A DNA stretch of 58,878 nucleotides, counting the filler, from Deltaproteobacteria bacterium (GTDB taxonomy: Bacteria > Myxococcota > JACRCW01), in the NCBI GenBank assembly GCA_016218805.1. It is 3 parts of 3 records of this genome, joined end to end, with 100 filler letters (N's around TTAATTAATTAA, not from the genome) between each part and the next. Parts side by side here need not be neighbours in the genome. Positions count along the whole stretch, not along the records: positions 21,901 to 49,342 come from JACRCW010000024.1; 2 more parts are not named here. One strand, given 5' to 3'. The notes beneath the pieces were generated by a model. That model was not told the DNA's origin, searched no databases, and was given only the letters and a program-made list of their open reading frames with translations. Shown one piece after another: positions 25,184 to 34,234 of this stretch. Position 1 is the stretch's first letter. The number at the start of each line of letters is the position of its first letter. The position numbers and the translations under genes are program-made.

Positions 25184-26580
25184 CGACGTCAAGGCTGGTC
25201 TGTTCGGGTTGCGGCGCAGAGCCGCGGCCCGGGGACGCCTACCCGTTCCGCTGTCCCAACGCGGGCACGGGCAGCGCGGACCACGTGCTGGTGCGCCGGC
25301 TGGAACCGGCGGGCAGCTTGGCGGATGACGGCGCGGAGAACCCGTTCCTGCGTTTCCGCGGCATGATGCACAGCTGGCACGTGGCCCGTGCAGGCGGCAT
25401 GTCTGACGAAGACTACGCCGAGCTGGTGCGGCGGCTGGATGACGCGGTGGCGCGCGTGGACGGGCACGGTTTCCACGTCACGCCGTACACGCGTGAAAGC
25501 GGCCTGTCCGGTGAGCTGGCATTCGGCGCGGGCGCGGTGTGGGTCAAGGACGAGACGGGCAACGTGTCCGGGTCGCACAAGGCGCGGCACCTGTTTGGGA
25601 TCATGGTCCACCTGGAGGTGGTCAAGGCGCTGGGACGTCAGCCCGCGTCGGGCGAGCCGCCCCTGGCCATCGCCTCGTGCGGCAACGCGGCGCTGGCGGC
25701 GGCGGTGGTGGCGCGCGCGGCGGAGCGGAAACTGCGCGTGTTCATCCCGCCGGACGCGGACAACGTCGTCGTCACGCGGCTGACCGCGCTGGGCGCGGAG
25801 CTCAACGTGTGCCACCGCCAGCCGGGCGTGGCGGGAGACCCGTGCTACCTGCGCTTCAAGGAAGCGGTGGCGGCGGGCGCGCTGCCGTTCTCCTGTCAGG
25901 GCAGTGACAACGGGCTCACCATAGACGGCGGGCGCACGCTTGGTTACGAGCTGGTCAAGAGCGCCCGCGCGCTGGGCGTCCTCCCTGACCGGGTGTTTGT
26001 GCAGGTGGGCGGCGGGGCGCTGGCCAGCAGCATGGTGCAGGCGCTGGAGGAGGCGCATGCCGCCGGTGTCCTGACCGCGCTGCCGCGCTTCCACGCGGTG
26101 CAGACGGAAGGCGGTCACCCCATGGTGCGTGCGTGGCGTCGCGCGTCCGCGCGGATCCTGGAGCGGTCCGGCCGCCCTGCGCCCGTGGAAGACGCGGAGC
26201 GCGCCGCCGCGTTGTGGGCCACGGTGCCGCCCGCGTTGGTGGAGGAGGAACTGCGCTACGCCGCCGCCCACCGCGCGGAGTTCATGTGGGCGTGGGAACA
26301 GGAGCCCCGCAGCATGGCGCACGGCATCCTGGATGACGAGACGTACGACTGGCTGGCGGTGTTGCGCGGAATGCTGCGCACCGGCGGGCACCCGGTGGTG
26401 GTGACGGAGGCGCAGCTCAAGCGCGCGCATGACCTGGTGCAACAGCTCACCCACGTGGACGCGGACCCCACGGGCTGTTCCGGGTTTGCCGGCGTCCTGG
26501 CTGAGCGCGAACGGGGAACCATTGCCACCGACCAGCACGTGGCCGTGGTGCTGTCCGGCGTCACCCGCCGAGCGGCTTGA
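25180..26580 (+). CDS. Threonine-synthase-like PLP-dependent enzyme
   Basis: N-terminal CxxC...[24 protein letters not shown] and QVGGGAL. GTGA overlap with the upstream gene. Confidence 0.85.
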   Translation: MTTSRLVCSGCGAEPRPGDAYPFRCPNAGTGSADHVLVRRLEPAGSLADDGAENPFLRFRGMMHSWHVARAGGMSDEDYAELVRRLDDAVARVDGHGFHVTPYTRESGLSGELAFGAGAVWVKDETGNVSGSHKARHLFGIMVHLEVVKALGRQPASGEPPLAIASCGNAALAAAVVARAAERKLRVFIPPDADNVVVTRLTALGAELNVCHRQPGVAGDPCYLRFKEAVAAGALPFSCQGSDNGLTIDGGRTLGYELVKSARALGVLPDRVFVQVGGGALASSMVQALEEAHAAGVLTALPRFHAVQTEGGHPMVRAWRRASARILERSGRPAPVEDAERAAALWATVPPALVEEELRYAAAHRAEFMWAWEQEPRSMAHGILDDETYDWLAVLRGMLRTGGHPVVVTEAQLKRAHDLVQQLTHVDADPTGCSGFAGVLAERERGTIATDQHVAVVLSGVTRRAA

Positions 26581-26641
26581 CGCGGCGGCGCACCGGGCGT
26601 TTGTTCCCGCCGGCGTGGGGTGGAGCACGACGGAGGTAACG

Positions 26642-27739
26642 ATGCTCAGCGCCCTTCTCATTTTGCAGTTGGCGGGCGTGCAGGCCGCGCCCGTCCCCGC
26701 GGTGGCGCGCGGGGATGCCGTCCACGTGGAGAAGGCGGATCTGCAGCCGGTGGCCCGGCGCCGCCATGCAGACGACGAGCCGACCGGCAACCCGGTGGGA
26801 GGCGCGCTGGTTGGCGTGTTCGCCTACTGGTTCTGTGGTGGCGGGCCGGTGGGCACGCTGGTGGGGTGGGTTGTTGGCAGCCAGGTGGGCAACCTGCGCG
26901 TGCCGCTTGGGCGCGCCCTGCTGACGGCCTGCGTCTTCCCCGGTGTGCTGTGGTGCGGCGGCGTGGCGCTGACCAAGCTGGTGTTCGGCCTGCCGTCCCT
27001 GGCGCTGCGGGTGGTGTCCTCGGATGCCACGCTGCAGGTGGTGGCCAATGTGCTGGCCGTTGCCGGGTGCCTGGTGTTGTTCGGTTGTTCGCAGGGGGCG
27101 TGGTGGAGCGGGCTCATCAACATGGGGCTGAGCATCACCGCGGGAAGGCCGCTGCGCGCCGGTGAGAGCTTTGCCAACTTTGACCTGTGGTCCCCGGCAG
27201 ACGCCGCGGACACAGAGGAGGATGAAGGGGAGGACGACGACGAAGACGACGACGAGCAACCGCGCCGCAGGAAACAGCGGGCGCCCGACCCGGCGTGGAA
27301 CGAGGGGCCGGCAGCGCCGTCCTATCCGCCGCCGCAGACGAACTACGCACCCTACCCGCAGCCCGCATATCCCCCGCCCGCATATCCGCCGGTGCCCGTG
27401 CCGCCGGTGCCCGTTCCCGCCCCGCCGGTGGTGGTGGCGCGCGCCATCTGGATCGTCGTCAACGGCGTCAACGTGACGGGTGCGCGGTCGCTCATGTTTG
27501 AAAACGCCAATGTGCAGGTGGACGCTTACGGCAGCCTGGTCATCACCGCGCCCGGAGCGCCGCTGCCCGCCGCGGAGGGCCTGGGCCAGGCACCCACGTC
27601 CGCCAGCGTGTTCCTCAACGGCCGCGACGTCAGCGACCAGCGCTCCCAGGCCTGGAGCGATTGCACCGTCACCGTGGATGCGGCGGGAGACGTGCACATC
27701 AACAGCGTGCCCGCGCCCGCGGCGCCCATCCTGCCCTGA
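26642..27739 (+). CDS. Hypothetical membrane protein with acidic/Pro-rich linker and duplicated C-terminal beta module
   Basis: SD GGAGG, signal peptide, Gly-rich TM segments, EEDEGEDDDEDDDE and PAYPPP repeats. Ends with two NG-x-x-V...VDAxG repeats. Confidence 0.7.
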   Translation: MLSALLILQLAGVQAAPVPAVARGDAVHVEKADLQPVARRRHADDEPTGNPVGGALVGVFAYWFCGGGPVGTLVGWVVGSQVGNLRVPLGRALLTACVFPGVLWCGGVALTKLVFGLPSLALRVVSSDATLQVVANVLAVAGCLVLFGCSQGAWWSGLINMGLSITAGRPLRAGESFANFDLWSPADAADTEEDEGEDDDEDDDEQPRRRKQRAPDPAWNEGPAAPSYPPPQTNYAPYPQPAYPPPAYPPVPVPPVPVPAPPVVVARAIWIVVNGVNVTGARSLMFENANVQVDAYGSLVITAPGAPLPAAEGLGQAPTSASVFLNGRDVSDQRSQAWSDCTVTVDAAGDVHINSVPAPAAPILP

Positions 27740-27752
27740 GGGTTTGCTCTTC

Positions 27753-28334
27753 TTACGCGTCCGGCGTTTCCGCCACCAGGTTCAGGAAGAAGTCTTCCAG
27801 GCGCACTTCCACGTCCAGGCCCGGCAGGCGCAGCGGGCCGTTGGGGCGAAGGATCCTTGCCCGCCAGGAGCCGTCCGCGTCACGCGAGAAGTGTTCCACG
27901 GGGCCAGCCTGCTGCGGGACCAGCAGGTACTCCCGGAGCGACTCCACCTGCTGGTAGTGGAACCGCTTGAATCCGCGGTCGTGCCGTTCGGTGGACGGGG
28001 ACAGCACCTCCACAATGAGGGACGGGTTGAGCAGCGTGGTCTGTTGCGGGCGGCGGAAGCGCGGCTCACCGCTGACCACCACCACGTCGGGGTGGGTGAA
28101 CAAGTCGTCCGGTACCACGCCAATGCGCATGTCCGCGCCCATGACGCGGCACGGACGTCCGCGCAGGGCGAGGTTCAATGCGACCCCGACATTCATCGCG
28201 ACCAGCGCGTGGTTCGCGGTGCCGCCGGACATCGCCAGGATTTCGCCGCGGAAGAACTCGTGCCGCTCCACGGCCGCTTCCTCTAGGACCAGATACTCCT
28301 CCACGGTGAGCCGGCCTTTGGCGGTGGTCATCAT
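27753..28334 (-). CDS. Uma2 (DUF820) family PD-(D/E)xK-like endonuclease
   Basis: LTVEEYL, RHEFFRGEILAMSGG, HPDVVVV, IVEVLSPSTERHDRG and SLREYLLV. Confidence 0.92.
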   Translation of the reverse strand: MMTTAKGRLTVEEYLVLEEAAVERHEFFRGEILAMSGGTANHALVAMNVGVALNLALRGRPCRVMGADMRIGVVPDDLFTHPDVVVVSGEPRFRRPQQTTLLNPSLIVEVLSPSTERHDRGFKRFHYQQVESLREYLLVPQQAGPVEHFSRDADGSWRARILRPNGPLRLPGLDVEVRLEDFFLNLVAETPDA

Positions 28335-28350
28335 CCCGCTTCGCTGGCGT

Positions 28351-31320
28351 TCAGTTCAGCCAACGCTCAAATCGGACGCGCAGCTTGTACTTGTAGCAGG
28401 AGTTGTTGGGGTTGGGCTGCGTGTACGGGTAGACGCGGATGTGGAAGTCCTGACTTGCGTCAAACGCGCACGTCCCGCCCCACGTGTAGACGATCTCCTC
28501 GTTGGTACCGGGGCCGTTGGCGCTGGTGGCGCCGGAATCCGCGCACGAGTTGGCCTTGGTGTGCAGGTCGAAGTCGTTGGCAGCCGGCACCTGCTGCAGC
28601 TGGATGGTGAAGCGGTAGGACTTGCTGTCCCACAGCGGAATGCACGTGCCGCTCACGTCGTCCGCGTAGATGCGGAACCAGTCCGTGTCGCCTTGGGGGA
28701 ACACGCTGAAGTCCGTCCACTCGGAGAACAGCCCGCCCTGGCCCACCCAACCAAGGTTCCCCAGGTTGTACGCGCCCGCGCCCGTCCCGCAGCTCGCGCC
28801 GGGGTCGTTGGCGTCGGTGAACGCCCCGTCGTCAACGGTGCCGTTGCAGTTGTTGTCATGGCCGTCGCAGGTTTCCGCGCCCTGCGTGGTCACGTCGCAG
28901 GCGTACTCGCAGCCGTTGGAACCACCCTGCGCGGCGTTGATGTCGCCGTTGAGGTCGTAGTTGGGGTTGATGCACGCGTACGTGCACGTGCTGGTCGCCG
29001 CGGTGCAGCCGCGGGTGGCACCGGTGCGCGCTTCGCACGGGGTGCACAAGGTCCCGCAGCTGTCCGGGCTGGTGTCCAAGAGGCACGTGTTGCCGCAAGC
29101 GTGGTAGTCGGCCACGCACGTGTACGTGCACGTGTTGTCCGGGTTGGCCACCACGGTGGCGTTGGCGCGCGGCGGGCAGTCCGCGCCGGAACCCACCATG
29201 GTCACATCCACCGCGGCCGCCGCCGGGTCTGAGGTGACAATGTGCACCGCCGCGGCCGACAGGCCGGAGGTGGGGCGGTACTGCACGGTGAACGTCACGC
29301 GGTCCGCGCCGCCCTGCAGCACCGTGGTGGGCAGGGCGCGGGATGCGGTGACGGTGAAGTCCGGCTGGACCGTGTTGGTGCTGTCACGCGGGATCAGGTC
29401 GCAGTTCACCTGCAGGTCCCCGGCGCCCAGATTGGTGATGATGAACGTGTCCGTGTACGGGCCGGACCCGGCCACCTTGAACCCAAAGTCCAGCGCCCGC
29501 GGCGCAATGTTGGCGACGGGGCGCACCGGGTGACCGCGCAGGTGCACGCGCGCCGCCGGCAGATCGGGATCATTGCTCTCAATGACCAGGTCCCGCAGGT
29601 CATCCGCGCCCAGGCCCGGCGGGATGTACGTGACGGTGATGGTGGCGCTGCCGGCCAGCGGAATGGGGTCGGTCAGCGTCGTCGGGGTGAAGTTGAACGG
29701 CGGCGTGCCCGCGCCGTCCACGTAGAAGCGGTTGATACGCAGCAGGCCCGCCGCGGTGTTGCCCACCGTCAGCGTCAGCGCCTTGGGCGTGCCCACGTAC
29801 ACGTCACCAAAGTCCAGCGTGTCCGGGACCTGGATGGCGGGCTCGTTCACGCCCAGGCCGGAGACCTCTATGTCCGTGGGCTGACCGCCGTTCACCGTCA
29901 CAATGATGAAGTTGGAGTACGCCACCAGTGACGCCGGCGCGAACGTCACCGGCAGGTCCATGTAGCTGGACGGCGTCAGCGGGAAGGGGAAGGTCAGGCC
30001 AGTGAGGTCCAGCTGCCAGGCCGGCTGGTTGTACTGGAACGAGATACCGGTGAGTTCAGCCAGCGCGTTCCCGTCGTTGCGGATGCGCACAGACGCGGTC
30101 TTGGTGCGGTTGATGAAGACCTCGCCAAAGTCCAGCGGGTCCGGGTCCGCCACCAACCGCCCAATCTGTCCCAGCGCGGACAGGCTCACGCGGTGCGTGA
30201 CGGTCTGCTGGCCCACCGTGGCGGTGATCACCAGCTCCGTGGTGGCCGGTCCCGCCTGATTGGCCGTGAAGGTGAGCGCAATGTCCAGCACCTCCTGCGG
30301 CGCAACCACGGTGCCGCCGTCTCCCGCGCCGCCGTCCTCCGCGCCGCCATCCCCGGCATCCGCGCCGACCGTGGATGCGTCCGGGATGCCGGCGTCCGCG
30401 CCCGCCGTGCCACAGCCGCCCGTGGGCGTGGGCGCGCCGCCAAAGGTGGACAGCGGCCGCGGCAGAAGGCCCGCATTGACGGAGAAGTCCGGTGACACGG
30501 CCGGGTCAAACGCCACCGCCGTGACGGTGAGCGCGCTGTCCGCGGACCCGGTGTTCTTGACAAACACGTGCGCCGTCGACGTCGCGTTGAGCGCGGCCGG
30601 CGGCATGGTGAGGGTGGTGATGGACACGCCCGTGTCCTCAATGAGGCGGTGCACGGTGAGCGCGGCGTCGCCCTTGAACTCCGCAACGAGCTCGATCTCC
30701 ACCAGCGGGTTGTCCGCGCTGGTGACCAGGCTGAAGTACGCGCGGTCCGGGGCCGCATCCGTGGGCGTGTGCCGCACGCGGACGGTGAACTGCGCGCCGG
30801 GCGCCATGGAGGTGGGCGCGGGGCCCCCCACCACGGCGAGCGAGAACTCGCCACTGGTGTTGTTGCGGAAGCCCAGCGACACGATGCTGACGGTGGCATC
30901 CCCGGTGTTGGTCACCAGGATCGTCTTCTCCACGGACTGGCACAGCCGCTGCGCACCAAAGTCAATGGGGCCCGCCGCCGGGTCAGTGATGACGTGGCCG
31001 TGCGGCACGTAGAGGTCCGGCGTCCCGGCATCCACCTCTGATGACGACGCCGTGGAGCCGGACGAACCGCCGCCGCTGCTGGAGCTGGCGGCCGCGGAGC
31101 TTCCGCCGCTGGTGGTGCCGCTGCTGCTGCCCGGTGCGGTGCAGATGCCGTTGGAGCAGATGGCACCGTTGCAGTCCGAGTCCAGCACGCAGGCCTGGCC
31201 GATGCGGCTGCCACCGCTGCTGCCCTCGTCTCCGTCGTCAACATTGTTGGACGGACAGCCTGACCACACCACCACCGCGAGACAGAAGCTCGCGGCACCC
31301 GTCATCTTGGACATGACCAT
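28351..31320 (-). CDS. Large lipoprotein with tandem choice-of-anchor-D/ASH-type Ig-like domains, Cys-rich region and C-terminal PPC-like domain
   Basis: Lipobox-like VWSGC, repeated DFG...NTG...SNDP Ig-like units, an ETCDGHDNNCNGTVDDG MopE-like motif and GDTDWFRI...DFDL. Confidence 0.8.
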   Translation of the reverse strand: MVMSKMTGAASFCLAVVVWSGCPSNNVDDGDEGSSGGSRIGQACVLDSDCNGAICSNGICTAPGSSSGTTSGGSSAAASSSSGGGSSGSTASSSEVDAGTPDLYVPHGHVITDPAAGPIDFGAQRLCQSVEKTILVTNTGDATVSIVSLGFRNNTSGEFSLAVVGGPAPTSMAPGAQFTVRVRHTPTDAAPDRAYFSLVTSADNPLVEIELVAEFKGDAALTVHRLIEDTGVSITTLTMPPAALNATSTAHVFVKNTGSADSALTVTAVAFDPAVSPDFSVNAGLLPRPLSTFGGAPTPTGGCGTAGADAGIPDASTVGADAGDGGAEDGGAGDGGTVVAPQEVLDIALTFTANQAGPATTELVITATVGQQTVTHRVSLSALGQIGRLVADPDPLDFGEVFINRTKTASVRIRNDGNALAELTGISFQYNQPAWQLDLTGLTFPFPLTPSSYMDLPVTFAPASLVAYSNFIIVTVNGGQPTDIEVSGLGVNEPAIQVPDTLDFGDVYVGTPKALTLTVGNTAAGLLRINRFYVDGAGTPPFNFTPTTLTDPIPLAGSATITVTYIPPGLGADDLRDLVIESNDPDLPAARVHLRGHPVRPVANIAPRALDFGFKVAGSGPYTDTFIITNLGAGDLQVNCDLIPRDSTNTVQPDFTVTASRALPTTVLQGGADRVTFTVQYRPTSGLSAAAVHIVTSDPAAAAVDVTMVGSGADCPPRANATVVANPDNTCTYTCVADYHACGNTCLLDTSPDSCGTLCTPCEARTGATRGCTAATSTCTYACINPNYDLNGDINAAQGGSNGCEYACDVTTQGAETCDGHDNNCNGTVDDGAFTDANDPGASCGTGAGAYNLGNLGWVGQGGLFSEWTDFSVFPQGDTDWFRIYADDVSGTCIPLWDSKSYRFTIQLQQVPAANDFDLHTKANSCADSGATSANGPGTNEEIVYTWGGTCAFDASQDFHIRVYPYTQPNPNNSCYKYKLRVRFERWLN

Positions 31321-31402
31321 GCTCCCAGTGTGCTTTTGACGCCCGCACTTCTGCAACAGTGTAGACAAGCCCGTCACTCCTTGCGAATCCCGGGCGCCAC
31401 AG

Positions 31403-32623
31403 TCAGCGGGCATTGACGCGGATGGGCACGGCCACCACGCGGCGCTCCGCCGACCGGTAGGGCGGGTAACGGAAGGTGGCCAGCGCACGGCGGAAGCATT
31501 CCGCCACCAGGTGCTCCCGGAAGCGTCTGGGATCCAACTGGAATTCATCCGTGAGGCCGGTGGGTTGGACCACCCAGGTCAGCTCAAACTGCACCCCGCC
31601 CACCATGGGATCCGCCTGCGCGTGCTCCCGCGCGCAGCCGTCCAACAGGAACCCATACTCCCGCTGCGTCCGGTTGGCCGCGCCGTCTGACAGGGCCGCC
31701 GCGGGGGGCTCGCGCGAGAAGTCCTGGAAGGTGGGCGCCAGCCCCAGCGTGCCCTCCATCCGGCGGCACACGCCGGCGCCCTCGGTGGCTTCCAGCGCCT
31801 CGCACAGCTGCACGGTGGCGGGGGAGCGGAGGTACGGCGCCACCCGCCGCTCCAGGGTGGCCTCCTGCACGTCCGCCTGGTTGGCGTCCGCCACCGCCCG
31901 CGCCAGCGGGTCCGCCGCGCGCCGGTCCCGCGCGGCCAGCAGCAGCCGCGCGCGCGCCGACGTCCGCAGCGCATCCACCCGCAGCCGGCGCACGGCGGGG
32001 ACGTCATCCGCCGGGATCTTGGCCCATGCGGCCGCGGCGTGTTCCAGCGCGCCCTTGCGGCCCTCCAGCGCCGCGGCCACGGCCAGTGCCAGTTGGATGC
32101 GCACCCACCGCAGCCGCGAGCCATCCCGCTGGTACACCCGCGCGGCGGCCTCCAGGGCGTCCGGCGCCGGCGCGGACCCCGCCGCGGGCAGCAACGGCCA
32201 ACGCGCGGCCGCCTCCAGCGCCGCATCAGCCTGCTTGAGTTCCGCCCACGCGGCATCCACCGCCGGCTTGCGGGCGTTGCGGGCCAGGGCCTCCAGGCGC
32301 CGGACCAGCTTGGTCCGCGCGCGTGCCGGCGCCCCCGCCTCGTCCAGAATCGCCGCGGCCTCCCGCAGGCGCAGCGCCGCGGCCTCCGGCCGTTTGTCTG
32401 CCATGTCTACGTCCGCCAGCACCTGCAGGCCTTCTGCGCGCTGGGCGGGGTCCGCCCAGCCGGACACCCCCGCCAACAGCCCCCGTGCCCGCGCCGGATC
32501 CGGGCGCCCCTTCTTGAGCGCCTGGCGCGCAGCGGCCAGCGCTTGCCGCGGATCCGCGGGCGCCGGTGCCCGCGGCGGTACCGCGCCAACGCTGACGACG
32601 ACGATCAACATGAGCCAAGCCAT
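31403..32623 (-). CDS. Secreted helical/TPR-like protein with C-terminal AgmX/PglI-type (TonB_C-like) domain
   Basis: Signal peptide MAWLMLIVVVSVGA and Ala/Arg-rich helices. The C-terminus reads C...FELTWVVQPTG...VAECFRRALATFRYP...VAVPI. Confidence 0.6.
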   Translation of the reverse strand: MAWLMLIVVVSVGAVPPRAPAPADPRQALAAARQALKKGRPDPARARGLLAGVSGWADPAQRAEGLQVLADVDMADKRPEAAALRLREAAAILDEAGAPARARTKLVRRLEALARNARKPAVDAAWAELKQADAALEAAARWPLLPAAGSAPAPDALEAAARVYQRDGSRLRWVRIQLALAVAAALEGRKGALEHAAAAWAKIPADDVPAVRRLRVDALRTSARARLLLAARDRRAADPLARAVADANQADVQEATLERRVAPYLRSPATVQLCEALEATEGAGVCRRMEGTLGLAPTFQDFSREPPAAALSDGAANRTQREYGFLLDGCAREHAQADPMVGGVQFELTWVVQPTGLTDEFQLDPRRFREHLVAECFRRALATFRYPPYRSAERRVVAVPIRVNAR

Positions 32624-32776
32624 GGGATCGCAGTCGTGGCAGAAAACGCCGCAGCGCACCATCGGCCGGGGGGCGGCCCCCGCGGCGCGTTTGCGCCCGG
32701 ACGCGCGCCGGTGGAGAGTCCTGGTCCGGACCACGCGCGCGGGTGATCCTCCCCGCGGCCGCTTGCACGGAGAGAC

Positions 32777-33094
32777 ATGTCCTACGTCATCACGCAGAAG
32801 TGCCTGGGGGAGGTCTATGCGCGCTGTGTCTCCGTGTGCCCGGCGGATTGCATCCTTCCAGGCAAGTACCAGGGCCAGGCCTTCATGGTGATTGACCCCG
32901 ACGAGTGCATTGACTGCTCGGCGTGCCTGCCGGAGTGCCCCATTGGGGCCATTGTGGCCAGCGAGGAAGAGGACCCCGAATGGGCCGAGGTCAACCTGGA
33001 CCTGGCCCCGCAGTTCAAGAAGAACCCCAAGGTGAAGCCTCGTGACGCGCATGACCCGCCGCGCCGCAAGGACAACAAGCTTGTCAGCCCGTGA
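32777..33094 (+). CDS. Ferredoxin, FdxA-like [3Fe-4S][4Fe-4S] type
   Basis: MSYVITQKC-x7-CVSVCPADC and IDPDECIDCSACLPECP. SD GGAG. Confidence 0.93.
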   Translation: MSYVITQKCLGEVYARCVSVCPADCILPGKYQGQAFMVIDPDECIDCSACLPECPIGAIVASEEEDPEWAEVNLDLAPQFKKNPKVKPRDAHDPPRRKDNKLVSP

Positions 33095-33696
33095 ACCCCT
33101 CCAGCCCGGACCATACGCACGGGCGGCTGGTGCTGCGCGCCGCCACCGCGCCGGCGTGGGTGCCGGCATGCCTCGGTGACCTGCGGGGCCTGCTGTCAGA
33201 CCACGCGCATTGCGAGCGCAAGGCCGCGCAGAGCGCGCTGTCCATCGTGTCGCGCGTGCCGTGGGACGCCGCCACGGTGACCGCCATGGCCGCCCTGGCG
33301 CGCGAGGAAGCGGGCCACCTGGCACGCGTGCACGCGCTGATGGTGGCGCGCGGTTGGACCATGTCCCCGGACGCCAAGGACGGTTACGTGCTGGCGCTGC
33401 GCGCGCAGGTGGCGCGCGGAAAGGTGGACCAGCTGGTGGATGAGCTGCTGGTGTGCGCGCTCATTGAAGCGCGCAGCGCCGAGCGGCTGCACCTGCTGGC
33501 GGAGGGTGTGGATGAACCCGACCTGCGTGCGCTGTACCGGGAACTCGCCCTGTCCGAGGGTGGGCACGCCAGCCTGTTTGTGGAGCGCGCGCGGGCGCAC
33601 GCCCCCGGCGAGATCCGCGACCGCGTGGATGTCTGGCTGGACCGGGAGGCCGCGATCACGCGCGCCCTGCCGGGCCACGCGCGGATGCACGGCTGA
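33091..33696 (+). CDS. miaE: tRNA-(ms2io6A37) hydroxylase MiaE (ferritin-like diiron)
   Basis: DHAHCERKAA, LAREEAGH, ALIEARSAER and SEGGH diiron ligands. GTGA overlap with the ferredoxin gene. Confidence 0.9.
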   Translation: MNPSSPDHTHGRLVLRAATAPAWVPACLGDLRGLLSDHAHCERKAAQSALSIVSRVPWDAATVTAMAALAREEAGHLARVHALMVARGWTMSPDAKDGYVLALRAQVARGKVDQLVDELLVCALIEARSAERLHLLAEGVDEPDLRALYRELALSEGGHASLFVERARAHAPGEIRDRVDVWLDREAAITRALPGHARMHG

Positions 33697-33702
33697 CGCG
33701 CG

Positions 33703-34119
33703 TCACGCGCGGTGCGGGGACAGGTGCGCGCGGCTGACCAACAGGTCCAGCAGCTGGCGGTGCCCGGCAATGAAGCTGGTGAACACGATGGACCCCTGCG
33801 GGGCCAGCACGCCGTAGTTGGTCATGCCCGGGATGGGCGTGACCTCAATGTCCGTGATGGCGGACAGCGGCACGCTCAGTTCGCCCAGGAAGCCGCGGTA
33901 GTGCAGGGACGTCCCGTCCACCCGCAACTCCATGGGCCAGTAGTGAAACGCCAGGACCGTGAACAGCGTGCAGAACGCCAGCGCCTGCAGCAGCACGTCA
34001 CCATCCACGCCCAGGCGGGCGGCCAGCAGCGTGATCACCATCCAGGCCACCAGCGCCACCGCCACGGCCAGCCGGACCAGGAGGTAGGGGCGGAAGACTG
34101 ACGGCGCGCGCTTGTCCAC
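33703..34119 (-). CDS. Small membrane protein with probable bacterial PH-like domain
   Basis: GGAGG 6 nt before the GTG start, two TM helices, then LRVDGTSLHYRGFLGELSVPLSAITDI. Confidence 0.6.
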   Translation of the reverse strand: MDKRAPSVFRPYLLVRLAVAVALVAWMVITLLAARLGVDGDVLLQALAFCTLFTVLAFHYWPMELRVDGTSLHYRGFLGELSVPLSAITDIEVTPIPGMTNYGVLAPQGSIVFTSFIAGHRQLLDLLVSRAHLSPHRA

Positions 34120-34234
34120 CACCCACCTCCTCTCCAGCAACCAGTGTAAGGGCCGGGAGGCACCCCGCAACGTCAGACGCGTGGAGGGGGTGTGGGTGTT
34201 CAGGCGCGGGCGCCACCTGGGCTAAAGGAGGCGC

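Noticed and set aside
27753..28334. Uma2 nuclease as part of a defence island
   Set aside because: It is a lone gene with no methylase, cas, toxin-antitoxin or integrase nearby. The family is commonly multi-copy and scattered.
32624..33325. Upstream extension of the 640-aa minus-strand ORF over ferredoxin/miaE
   Set aside because: Shadow of the plus-strand genes. The signal peptide begins at 32623.
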